In this document: piece by piece, positions 12,600-24,061 of the stretch | How the letters are laid out: each line of letters starts with the position of its first letter | Position numbering within the stretch: position 1 is the first letter of the stretch | Notes under the pieces: generated by a model | The model's database searches: none | Told to the model about the DNA's origin: nothing | Seen by the model: the letters and a program-made list of their open reading frames with translations, nothing else | Origin: Phoronis australis | Lineage: Eukaryota > Animalia > Phoronida | Reading direction: 5' to 3' | DNA length: 64,000 nt | NCBI GenBank assembly: GCA_002633005.1 | Contig: NMRA01000194.1 | Location: forward strand, 437,074-501,073 | Made by a program: the position numbers and the translations under genes

Positions 12600-13019
12600 T
12601 ACAGAGTACAGATTGTGAGTAGGATAAGTCATTCTTTGTTTATTTGGAGACCACTGTATGTCCATTTATTCAAGCTGCTCTAACAATAGTTTCCTAACAG
12701 TTATTTTTGTTGAGCCATTTGACAATTTTAAACTCTTCTTTTCTGCTGCAGTATAGGCCTGCTTTGAAAATCTTGTTTTTTGCTGTTTTGGCTTGGTAAT
12801 GTCTAAAGTATGTAAAGCGTCTTAGTATCAACGCTCTAAATGACGTAATTTGAACCTTGATGACATCCTTTCCAAAGGTATATTCTTGTCTTTAAAGCTT
12901 TTCGCATCACTGTCAACGCTTTGCGGCTTACATTTTTATTGTATTTGTTAACACACCCCCATAAATTACTTTCTCATTACATCCAGGTTCTTGTTCACTC
13001 CTTTGCATACATTCACGGG

Positions 13020-13150
13020 TAAGATCGAGCTCAGAGGAGTAGGAGTTACCTCTGTGCAGTGCTCAATTGTCTGCCACTAAGGCCAGAATTGAAACCCAGG
13101 TATCCCGAATTGGTGTCTGGAGCTCAAACCATTAAGCCACACTGACTCCT
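13020..13150 (-). mobile_element. tRNA-derived SINE head (degenerate)
   Basis: Minus strand reads aggagtcagtgTGGCTTAATGGtttgagctccagac...ctgGGTTTCAATTCtggcc, i.e. Pol III A-box- and B-box-like motifs at tRNA spacing. No convincing cloverleaf. Confidence 0.6.
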
Positions 13151-15010
13151 CGTGGATGGTTTGGAGAGTGTTAGGCGGTGTGAAAGGTAAACTTCGGTCT
13201 TGGATATACATTGCTTATTAACTGTGAGGTGAACAGGTGGATTTTACATGGAGGAATTTAATAAAATTGAAATACTTCTTAAATCTACCAAATTTGACCA
13301 ACTTCAGAACATCGTATCTCAGAGATTGGTGATCGAATTTTTTGAAACTGCCAGACACTATACTTTATGTTACTGTTCTCTAAAAAGTTTTAAGAATAGT
13401 TTCTAAAATGTTCCACTTTTGGGGCGATCAAAAAATTGGACTCGATATGATTTTCATGAAAAGTCAAAAGTTGCGTGAATGGAAATTAATGATAATTTGG
13501 AATCTGCTGTGATGGATTTTTGAAGATTCCATCTTGTGCATCACGTTATAATTGTCCGTGTTGTTAATACCGTGACTTTGCTGTATACGAATGAACCTTC
13601 CTTGTTGTGATCACTTGACCCAATTAATGGCAGATTGATAAATAGTCAAAAGACAAATTCGACTCTGATTTCTGCTGTCCGAATATCAGAATATATACAT
13701 TATACGTATATATGTGTTTACCGTATATACATGTATGTGTATAGATCATGCATTTGTCTATAGTTTTGTAGATACTTTGCTAAACATACAGATTCGTGAA
13801 TAAGATCCTACAAAAGCTTAGCGTGGAATAGAGTAGGCATAATTAATTTACAATAAACCACTAAGTGCCAGAACTTGATTGATTAGGTCTACACAGTAGG
13901 CTATGGCTAGTTGACTTACTAAATAAATCAGAAATCAACATACACCATTTTGTTACAACCGCAGCCAGTATCCCTGGCAAATTATAGCCGGATAATTTTT
14001 TTTTTGGTGTTTTTGGTGGCTCTACATGGAATTAAGACCCTGAATTGATGTGCCAACAGGAAATGGATGGTATTGAAAAAAATCTGGTTTTGAAAATGAA
14101 ACGTCAAAGTCAGTTTTGTCTTTCAAGGTCATATACATCTGAAGGGATCTATATAACAAGCTTTCTTCCGTTAAACGAGATGTTGATTAGTACAGTCTTG
14201 TAAAAATGATAATGCCTTTCACAGACAGAACTGTTCTGTTTTTTTTTTTTTTTGATTCTTGCTAAAGGTAATTGCCTTGTGTGTAATCAGTCAAACGTGC
14301 AATGCAGTACGGAGAAGTGTTTCATACAGCTGAGATACTATTTATTTACCTTATTTCTATTTTCATCTATTGTTGAGTCACAACCAGCGATACTTTAACT
14401 GTGTATCTAAACAATATGCGGTGGAAATTACGAAAGCATCAGTTTTGGTCTGCTTTTCTATTTTTGAAGAGCATAATACTTATACTTTTAAGTGCTATAT
14501 GGATTTCTGTATACAAGCAATCTTTGACTAAACATCATTATGTTTCCCTTAGTCATAACATCACTAAAACAGGGAAAGCCTTGGTACAGCAGGCAAGTTA
14601 TTGTTTCATGAGAAGATTGCATGACCTGTGCTCAAGCCATTTCTTCTCAGTGTGTGTTAGTTTAGACAGTTTCTGGCCTGATGGTTGAGTTGATGACTTT
14701 CCTATGCTTGCTGATATAACAAGGCCAGTGACTTTGTTTACATTTAACTCTGTTAGTTGATCAACTATTGAGTGATGGTCAGTCAATGATAGCAACAAAC
14801 CCAGTAAGTGCTGGAACTTAATTAAACTCCTGTTCATGAGGTGCATTTAGTCTACTTACATTTAGTCCACTTACATTTTTACCAGAAGTTCAACTCTAGT
14901 TAAAATTCAGTTAGGTATAGCAAGCAGTAGAGTCACTTGGGTTGTACTTTGTCAAGGTTAAAGCAGAGTTGTTATTTGTATCAAGCTTATCTTAAACTCT
15001 ATCGTCCCAT

Positions 15011-15016
15011 TTTATT
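15011..15016 (-). terminator. Candidate polyadenylation signal (AATAAA) of the nested ankyrin gene
   Basis: TTTATT on the + strand, about 93 nt downstream of the stop codon on the - strand. Confidence 0.4.
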
Positions 15017-15108
15017 ACTGTTAATAGAATTGTCCAGCAGTTCTTGTCTATAAAGTGATGCATTCCTTTCAACTGCATGAGGCATACATTGTGTTTTTTC
15101 GATATTGT

Positions 15109-16105
15109 CTACAGAATGATGCAGCCATTCTTGTCCGTTTTCTTATTCTTCTGTTTCACTCCTGTTTCCAATGCAATACTTGACAACCGGCTGTTCTTTT
15201 TGGCCTTTCCTGCCAGAACATTTGTCAGGTCCCTGTCGCCAGCGTAATCCTGCGCTGTTTTCGATTGGCTGTCGTAGACACTCAAGTCACTACCACACTC
15301 AACCAGCAGACCCACAGTCTCCGCCCCCTTGCCTGTCTCCACCCACTCCAGTGTTGCCAGATGGAGTGGTGTCTGGCCGTGGCTGTCCTGTGCGTTCATA
15401 TCGGCACCATTCTCCAACAGTTCCCTCACCGCCTGCGAGTAGCATCGACGCGCTGCTGTATGAAGTGGTGTGCGTCCATTCTGGCTTACATGGTTTGGGT
15501 CAGCGCCATTGCGTAGTAGTAACTGAGCAATGTCCATGTGCTTGCGGTAAACTGCCCAGTGCAGTACAGTCTGCTTGTACGAGTCCTCTGCATTTACTAA
15601 GGCTTTGCTCTGTATAAGTATTTTCACCACATCTATGTGACCCATTACGGTTGCCTTCTGCATTGGACTGTTGCCATCGGCGTCACATTTGTTGACGTCA
15701 CCGCCAAAATCCACCAATGCACCGACCTCTTCTTCATATCCCTTGGCACTGGCAAAGTGTAGCGGTGTGGATCTTGGGCTGAACTCCATTTCTGTCATAG
15801 CACTGTAATGGAGAGATACCTTACCCTGGGTCTCAGCATTTGCATCGGCGCCTGTCTGCAGCATTATCCTGGTAATGTCCACCGATCCGTTCCACGCCGC
15901 TAAGTGTAGCGGTGTCATATTATTGATGGCCACCGTGCAGATGACTGGCGCTATCTGCGTGTGTATCAGGAGGATCTGGCGCACGCGGACCTCATTGTGG
16001 TTCTGCACTGCAATCATCAGGTCGTGGACCTCTTTATCGAAGTGCATCTTGTCGACTGTGGTCTCCTCTTCTGTCACTGTGTCATCCTCGGAAAATGATG
16101 ACACC
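15109..16105 (-). CDS. Terminal coding exon of nested ankyrin-repeat protein with C-terminal CaaX (CIIL)
   Basis: Open frame of 331 codons with repeated TPLH/GAD(P/M)N ankyrin motifs. Begins at the acceptor tatttctcgttgcAG|G (AG at 16107-16106). Ends KNKKTDKNGCIIL-TAG. The ORF-track 'M' at 16104 is a GTG just after the splice site. Confidence 0.92.
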
Positions 16106-17220
16106 CTGCAACGAGAAATACATGCCTTATTACGTTTATTGCGAGAGCTTTTAGGTTCTTTAATTTTGAAGCCAGGATGCTAGCTTTGCAGGACTCGACA
16201 CTAATCATAACGTGAACACGCCTAAAATTCCCAGGTTGTCAAAACAGGAAATGAGCTCGCCAATGTGACTGTATATGATAGATTGTGCCATAGTCCGTTA
16301 CAACGATTTGTCGTCTCCGCGTTTGATATTCTGTTGTTTTGGTATAGTAGTATGTTGATGCATGGAGGTGGTTTGTACTCATGAATGAGTAAAGACTCCT
16401 TCACCCTATACTCAACTCGTGTTTACAGCCAAAACAAAGAAATCCTGCTTGTGGAGGTGCGAAAACCCTGGCTTCCACAAATGACGTATAGTTGGCAACA
16501 GTCAAAGATGAAAGGATGGTCAGGACACGTCTATCTGTTTACTTCTTGTTGTATTTTGAGCGCATGGTCAGATGTATGCGAAACGAGACATGGGGTCGCA
16601 TTGGCGAGTTACGGGAAGTCAAAGCAACCCCTGTGTTGAGATTTTTGTAACAGTCTTTCCTCAATAGTCACATGCTAAAATATCACAGTCCACTGTGGTT
16701 TTGTGATATTTACCAACAATGTTATAGGTCTATAGGACACTCACTCCACAGTTGTGCACTGCTGGTGTGAAGATCGTTATTTTATGTCAAACATTTTTTC
16801 GTATTTTGACAAAAAATTTTGCAAGTTGAAATTTGAATTGTAGTGCTGGAAGCAAAATAAATGGTGAGCTGTGGGGGGCGTGATACATTGTTTTTTTTTT
16901 GCTTGTCGTCAGCTCATGGACGCTGAATGACCTTACTAGTTCTGCGAAAGAGGAGGATTGAATTCGTGATGTGACCGTGTTTTGCTGAACGTTCCCAATT
17001 TGCATAATATATCCTCAGAAAATGAAGAGAATGTAAAACAAAGATGTCATGGTGTAGAGTCATTGCAGTCAGACTTTAAAACCTTCATCATAAATGGTGT
17101 GAAACGTACACTATCGGTTTATCTGCATATTTTGTATTGTTGAAACTTGGTAATTGAACTTGGTGTGTCACCCTGTTTGGCTTGCTAAAAATGAAAATTG
17201 AATTAGAGCTTCTACTTTCG

Positions 17221-17342
17221 TTGATAAAATTGGTCTCGTGCTAGTCATTTTCTTGATATGATTCTATTTTCATTACCGACTTCAGTCACAGGCAATGCGT
17301 ACATTGGACGTTTTCGCATTCGCTATTTTAGAGTTGACCAAT
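17221..17342. repeat. Dispersed short repeat, related copy at ~58363-58482
   Basis: Shared ttgataaaattggtctcgtg ... agtcacaggca(a/t)tgcgtacatt ... ttttagagttg(a/g)cca. Confidence 0.7.
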
Positions 17343-17362
17343 CCCAGTAAACATTGAAGCAT

Positions 17363-17642
17363 TATTTATTGAATCAGTGATGGTTAGTTGTATTTATTGA
17401 ATCAGTGATGGTTAGTTGTATTTATTGAATTAGTGATGGTTAGTTGTATTTATTGAATAGTTGTATTTATTGAATCAGTGATGGTTAGTTGTATTTATTG
17501 AATCAGTGATGTTTACTTGTATTTATTGAATCAGTGATGGTTAGTTGTATTTATTGAATTAGTGATGGTTAGTTGTATTTATTGAATCAGTGATGGTTAG
17601 TTGTATTTATTGAATCAGTGATGATAAGCTGTATTTATTGAA
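17363..17642. repeat. 28-bp minisatellite, about 10 units (tatttattgaatcagtgatggttagttg)
   Basis: Contiguous direct repeats with no spacers. One unit is internally deleted and a few carry substitutions. Confidence 0.95.
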
Positions 17643-18143
17643 AATTTTGAAACGCCAAGTACCTAATGGTTTCTGTTTGCATCGTTACTTTATAAGCGTC
17701 TCTGCGCTTTGTAATGCATCATAGTTTGCCGGTGTCTTGAAAGTCTTTCTGACAGAAAGTTCTTAAGTCTGACGTTAAGCTTTGAAAAGTTCTTAAAAAT
17801 TTGAAATATGAGGATATACGCCAGTGATCAGTAAGCACCAAATGCGAATGAAGTCTTGGCATTCTGGATCCTGTATACATCGATTTTGTGTTTAGCTTGG
17901 TTTTAAAAGCTGTATGAGTGCTGTTTAGGTAAGACTATTACCTTGGGACATCTGTTTTCTCGCAATGGCAAATGTTTTGGGTTGATGTTGCAATTGTCAC
18001 GAAAATGCTAGTCATGAAATGAGGTCAATTAACAGTTCATGTTTTCATGGTTTTACCGTGGTTGTCGTGGAGCTCAGTTGTTGTTTTTGGAATGATGCAA
18101 TACTCCATTCTTATTTCATCCACAGAGGCAGCGCTCAATATCA

Positions 18144-18695
18144 TTTTTATGCACCCACATATTTGTATGTTTGCTCTGTGAAGAGAACGGCTGATGATTT
18201 TCGAACGACTCGGACTACTGAAGCGCCTCCTTGTGGCATTTTTTTGCGTCTATGGGTGTGTCTCCCAAACCCTCTGGCGGATCTTTATTAGATTTTTTAT
18301 TGTCATCTGTATCTTTGACACTCCTTAGCAGATTTCAACTACTGCTGTGGTTCCTAATGGCAATTTTTTGTGTTTGTCTTTGTATCTTTAGAGTTTTCAG
18401 ACAGATTTTCATGAAATTTGGCAAATGGCTTTGAGAGACTACAACCGTCTAATGGCCATTTTTATAGTAGTAGTAGTAAACACCCCTAAAAGCATACCAT
18501 TTGGGGTGCTGTCAATTTATTTTTTGTGTTTGCCTTTGTGTCTTTAGAGTTTTCAGACAGATTTTCATCAGGCAAATGGCTTGGAGAGACTGCAACCGTC
18601 AAATGGCCATTTTTATGGCACTAGTAAATACCCCTAAAGTCATACCATTTGGGGTGCTGTCATGGCTACAGTTCAACGCCCAGCGTTGCTCTTTT
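18144..18695. mobile_element. Helentron/HINE-like non-autonomous repeat, copy 1, with internal ~160-bp tandem duplication
   Basis: Starts tttttatgcacccacatat and ends gcgttgctct. Both ends are shared with the copies at 51773-52534 and 59631-60789. Internal duplicated unit at 18362-18661. Confidence 0.6.
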
Positions 18696-20618
18696 TATAA
18701 GCCGTGTCATTTGAACATTTAAACACGCTTGTCAAAGCTTAATTAGTACGTGTCATTGACATTATGTCATTTACAATTTGACCATTTGCCTGGACATTAC
18801 TAATTCACACATCGTCGTATTTCCACTTACTAAGGAAAGAATTAAGTGAATAAATGCCAACACTTTCAGTAAAAGGTATTAACAATGGATGCTATCTATT
18901 ACGCCAAACCATTGATTTTCATTATCTTACTCAATGCAAATACCCTGAAGATTGTCCATATCAGTTCTTACGGTAGCATGCAAATATTTGCTTTGCCCTG
19001 TTTTGTGCTGCTTTCATAGACAGACACTTGGTATAATTAAGAAATGATTCATCACTCTACCATAATTACTCGGCGAAAACTTTCGCCAAATCCGTTACGC
19101 TGCCATAAAATTTTTGTTTGCATGTTTCTTCTGTTCGCAAGCTACAGGTTGCAATTCTTATTGATCGTCCTCCACGGATCTTTCTAAAATTTTGCATGTG
19201 GAATGATATAGTCAAGATTTATCTATTTTTTTTGTTCCAAGTTACCATTCTTGAGATAATCAATATTTGCTGCCCAGATGTCTGTTTTGTTTTTGACTAT
19301 TTCCACATTTGATGGTCTATGACATCGTGCTACAGATCGCATTTTTGTCTGATCAACATGAAATTTACACACATTGTATATCTCATTATGCACTTTACGT
19401 CTGCTTTTTGAGAGAAATGAGATGCAAGATGGCACTGTGGCTGCCATTTTCTGGTAATCGCTTGCAAAGATTTGGCTCTGCAAGTATGGGAGGGAACCTT
19501 CTTAAATTTTGTATGCAGATTGTCCTCATGAGCTATTGCCTGCACTGGTTTCGGTTTCTCGCTACTACGTATAGTTTGAAAATTATTCAAGATTTTCTGT
19601 CTGCTCTTATATTGAGGGGTTAATCAAGTACCATTATTGTAGCCTTTACTGGCATAAAACATGCTGAAATCAGGTCCCTTGCCATGTCCATTATATTGTA
19701 ACAACGCATTAGAATTATAATTGATATTGAGAGCTGCTAGGTCAAAATTTTAAAGTGAAATAAAATAAATAAAAAATAAAACAATGACGAGGTTTATTAA
19801 AATCAAAGCGTCCTCCCGTGAGCCCGCTCCAAGCTCTGTCATAATCATACAAAACCAGATCTGTTTTCTGGCCTTATTTTTCACAGCTCCATTTTTTGTG
19901 ACATTACAAACTCAAATTAGAACATTCAACAATAGTGGCAGACGAAATGTCCCAAGTCATATTACTGAAACAACGCTCAATATTGCTTTAAGAGAGCCCA
20001 TTAATAGTGTCTAAACATTGTTATAGGAGAAATCAAGCCATAAAGAAAATACTCATCAGACAAAAATAGAAATTCCATCTTTTTAGGTTTTATTGTTTGT
20101 ACCTTTTCAACAAGTTTGTACCAAACCACTGTGGCCACAAAAGTGTATTTCAGCAACATCCCTCGGTGTGGGCAGTTGTTCTTTAAAATTATTGTTGCCA
20201 ACGTAAATGTCTGGTATTGATAATGGACAATGTGCTAAAAGTGATTCAGTCACTATACAAAACTGACCTAACCATGGCAGGTGCAAGGACCAAGGCGGCA
20301 ATAATGGTTCTGGCATAACAGTCGGATCTGCTGAGTTTTTATGCATGAGTTGGCTAATGATGACTCAAGCTGAATTCGTCCTTGTTTATGTTGGTAGTCA
20401 TGAACTCGTTTTCAGGTAAGTCCACGCACTGTCGTTCAACTTGCACTAGTGACTAGAACTGCTCAGTTATTTCTGTCACCCCGGGTACCAGCTGCACCAC
20501 AATAACTATGTTCTTTCTTCCTTCACATATTGCCCGTGATTGAAAGCATGCATGGACCTAAAACAAGCTTACTGTCTGAATCATACTTTTGATTGCTGCA
20601 CTCAAATGAAAATCTTGT

Positions 20619-21932
20619 TCTTTAGACAAGGCAGTCATAAGCTATGTTCTGTATGGAACTGGTCATTTTTTTACTTTCAGCCAATGAAACTCCTGTAGTA
20701 AACACAGCAATAGTCACTTATGCAGGTCCTACAATTTAAGAACCAGTTTTCTCCACTGAATAATGGATATCAAACCGGTTCTCAAAATCTGGGGCTCCCG
20801 TATTAGTGACTACTGTCCTAAACAATCTTCAAGTTAGCCCACCATATGGAAGAAACAAGGAAATATGTCAAAAGTTTTCAATAAAAATAGACTAAGTTAG
20901 TAAAAAAGTTGATTTCCCATTTGGTATCATGGTTTGTACTGAACAGCTGTTATCCAACCTTCGATTGCAGGATTTCTTCACTTATTTGGCACTTAATAAT
21001 ATTATGACCAACCAATGGAATTCTATTTTGTCAAATTTCTGCACAAAAGTAGACATTAAGAAAATGTTAGCCTATGACTTGCATGGATTGTAATGTATAG
21101 ATGTCATAAACGACATTTGGTAGTTTCCATTATGGGGCAAGGTAACCTGGTTTTGAAAATTGGATATATGACAATTTTGGCGATTATTTTTCAACAAAAT
21201 AAAGGGATTCCGAAGAATTACTGCAAATTGTTAACATTCTAGCAATACAATCAGCTTTTGAAAATTGCAGTCTTNTCTTTAGACAAGGCAGTCATAAGCT
21301 ATGTTCTGTATGGAACTGGTCGTTTTTTTACTTCCAGCCAATGAAACTCCTGTAGTAAACACAGCAATAGTCACTTATGCAGGTCCCACAATTTAAGAAC
21401 CAGTTTTCTCCACTGAATAATGGATATCAAACCGGTTCTCAAAATCTGGGGCTCCCGTATTAGTGACTACTGTCCTAAACAATCTTCAAGTTAGCCCACC
21501 ATATGGAAGAAACAAGGAAATATGTCAAAAGTTTTCAATAAAAATAGACTAAGTTAGTAAAAAAGTTGATTTCCCATTTGGTATCATGGTTTGTACTGAA
21601 CAGCTGTTGTCCAACCTTCGATTGCAGGATTTCTTCACTTATTTGGCACTTAATAACATTATGACCAACCAATGGAATTCTATTTTGTCAAATTTCTGCA
21701 CAAAAGTAGACATTAAGAAAATGTTAGCCTATGACTTGCATGGATTGTAATGTATAGATGTCATAAAACGACATTTGGTAGTTTCCATTATGGGGCAAGG
21801 TAACCTGGTTTTGAAAATTGGATATATGACAATTTTGGCGATTATTTTTCAACAAAATAAAGGGATTCCGAAGAATTACTCCAAATTGTTAACATTCTAG
21901 CAATACAATCAGCTTTTGAAAATTGCAGTCTT
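20619..21932. repeat. Gap-flanking duplication (20619-21274 vs 21276-21932), n at 21275
   Basis: Head-to-tail near-identical copies meet at the single n, with scattered substitutions. Confidence 0.93.
20704..20818. mobile_element. Short palindromic MITE-like element; related partial copy at ~1555-1638
   Basis: gcaatagtcactta ... tagtgactactg inverted ends with inner agaaccagttt/aaaccggttct pairing. Core gaaccagttttct(c/t)cactgaataa also occurs at 1560. Confidence 0.55.
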
Positions 21933-22068
21933 AGTAATTTAATTTTTTTTAATTTTCACTGGGTTTGTGGTAACCAAAAAGATGAAGTTAACATGTTTGA
22001 ACTAAAAACAACATGGCAGCTTTTCTACATTTTCTGCCTCTTATCTTGTCACGTGACTCTTTGTTTAC

Positions 22069-22253
22069 CTTCTCTTGGGCAGCAGCATAAATGCCGGCGG
22101 TGGTTGGCCACATATCTGGATGCTGTGGCGACGCGGTGCAGTCGTGGCGTAGAACTTGTTTTTGTACCGCAGACTGTTCTTACGGCCGAGACCATATGCC
22201 ATGCTGACCCCCACGTGAGGCTCAAATATCGTGGAGTTGCGACGGAAACTCAT
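22069..22253 (-). CDS. Probable first coding exon of the nested ankyrin gene (MSFRRNSTIF...AFMLLPKR)
   Basis: GC-richer island with GCAGCC-ATG context and an in-frame upstream TAA. 61 codons + AG, then donor AG|GTAAAC. Phase 2 matches the ankyrin exon (AG+G = Arg) and gives PKRRVSSFSEDD. Confidence 0.68.
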
Positions 22254-23391
22254 GGCTGCTGGCACCCAATCTATCACTGTTAAAGCCTTTTCAAACACTG
22301 CTTATCTACTGATCACTTTATGCTACGGTGTATCCCTGGTTGGTCTGTCTTGATTTTCTTTCAAATTAGTCAAGTAACATCAAGCATCTTGAAATGCATT
22401 TAGTCGACTATGAAGTGCATAGTACACCTCCTGCTGTGATTCTTCCACACTACCTATTGGTGGAGGCTGTCCAGTAAAGCTTTGCACTTGATGTCCACGT
22501 TCTCGTTGGCCCTTACTCGTGAATACAAGCATTAGCTAATCACTTCTGGTGTGCCGCAGTTGATTTGAATTTACCGTTGCACGACTTCCTCTAATTCAGC
22601 ATCATTTTGTAGCAAATGCAATCTGCTGTGTGAATAGGCATCAGCATAAAGTCAAGTCCACAGTGCTGCTGATGGATGAGAGTGCAGAGTCTGTTGACAT
22701 TTAGTACTGATAGTCTATTATTGGCTGAGATTAAGGCGTTGAATGTTATCCTATGTGATAGATTTTTAACTGTAGGCATCTGTTTCTTTGGTTTCTTCTC
22801 AGTACACCTTCTCTCTGTCACACAATGTTTAATATTAATTTTGGCATTGTAATTTTGTAGTTCGTGTGTTTTATTTTCATATAGTGCATTTCAACTTTTT
22901 CATCTAAACAAAACTTTTCAACTGCTTATCTTTCCTTTCCCCGGTATGTTGTTTTCACATCCTTGCGAATGGCTGCCAACCAATTTCCTCAGCTAGTCTG
23001 TGTAAATTCTCAGTGCACGAGCCATAAAAATAATCACTGTGTTTGATACGCCAATTTAAAGATGCTCCTGGGAAGTGGTTCTCAGGTGTAACCCATCAAA
23101 GATTAAGTCTTGTCTAACCTCAAATCAAGCTTCCGATTCTGCACAAGTCGTAGTATATATTAGAGTGAGATCGATACAACTTGGCACAGCTTGTGCAAAT
23201 AGAACATCAAAACTGTCTTCAGTCCCTGCCTGATTCTTTACCAGGATATGTTCAACTAAGTTCCCACGGGGATAAGTAATGCAGTTACTCTAATAGTGTA
23301 ACTTTGAATGATGGTCATCGCATATTAACGCGTAAGTTGGCATGTTTTTTTTTAATTGTTTTTCAACATACACAGCAGGCTTTATTAACTA

Positions 23392-24061
23392 TTAAAGATG
23401 GATAATCGCATTAAATTGTGAATATGCTAATGAAGTATTAATTTACTGACAACCCCAGATCCCCAGTGTGCCAGAAACCATCCCGAGAACCTATTACCAT
23501 TATAATCTCGCGAAAGTCTCGTTTCACGAGATTATTTTTATGTAAATGAGTATGGTAATATTTCATCATGTCAGACAAACATCCGATGCCGGCCACCGAC
23601 AATTGAAGTCTGGCTACTTGGCTGACATTCCTCCCGGTGATCACTACAAAAGCATTCATTTAGTTGTTTCATTTTGCCATCACCTTGGACAATGTTCAAC
23701 GTCATGTCATTTCACGTCTCTGGTAGTGTAAATTGTAGATATTTACCCAGACTTCTAGTCCACATTTCTAAGGATGACATGATAATCCTTGGAAACCCCC
23801 ACAGCATTGCTCTTATGCTAATGAAATAAGGCACAGTTTTTATTATTTGTTTATTTCACTATCAAATAACGATTACGTAATACTGGTATTTAGAATTACT
23901 GTTCACACTGAGCAGCTGTGGTGTTTTATTTAAAACCGCAATTCATTTACAAATTGCTTCTTCGGCTGAGTATACTAGTACGAAAATATACAGTTCTCCG
24001 GGAAGTCACAAGGTGTCGCTTGTTAGAAATTTAAATATTCATGTTTTAACAGCATCTTTAA
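23392..24061. mobile_element. Putative TTAA-flanked non-autonomous DNA transposon (Kolobok-like termini)
   Basis: TTAA-AGATG ... CATCT-TTAA ends with weak subterminal inverted similarity (tgaatat, ccg(g)agaac). An alternative left end TTAAAGATGCT lies at 23056. Confidence 0.45.

Noticed and set aside
13081-13150. Possible tRNA gene
   Set aside because: A/B-box-like motifs are present but the stems do not form a convincing cloverleaf. Treated as a SINE head.
15171-16183. Plus-strand ORFs overlapping the ankyrin exon
   Set aside because: These are antisense shadows of a GC-richer coding exon with no recognisable protein features.
17363-17642. 28-bp direct repeats resembling a CRISPR array
   Set aside because: Units are contiguous with no unique spacers, there are no cas genes, and the context is a eukaryotic intron. 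It is a minisatellite.
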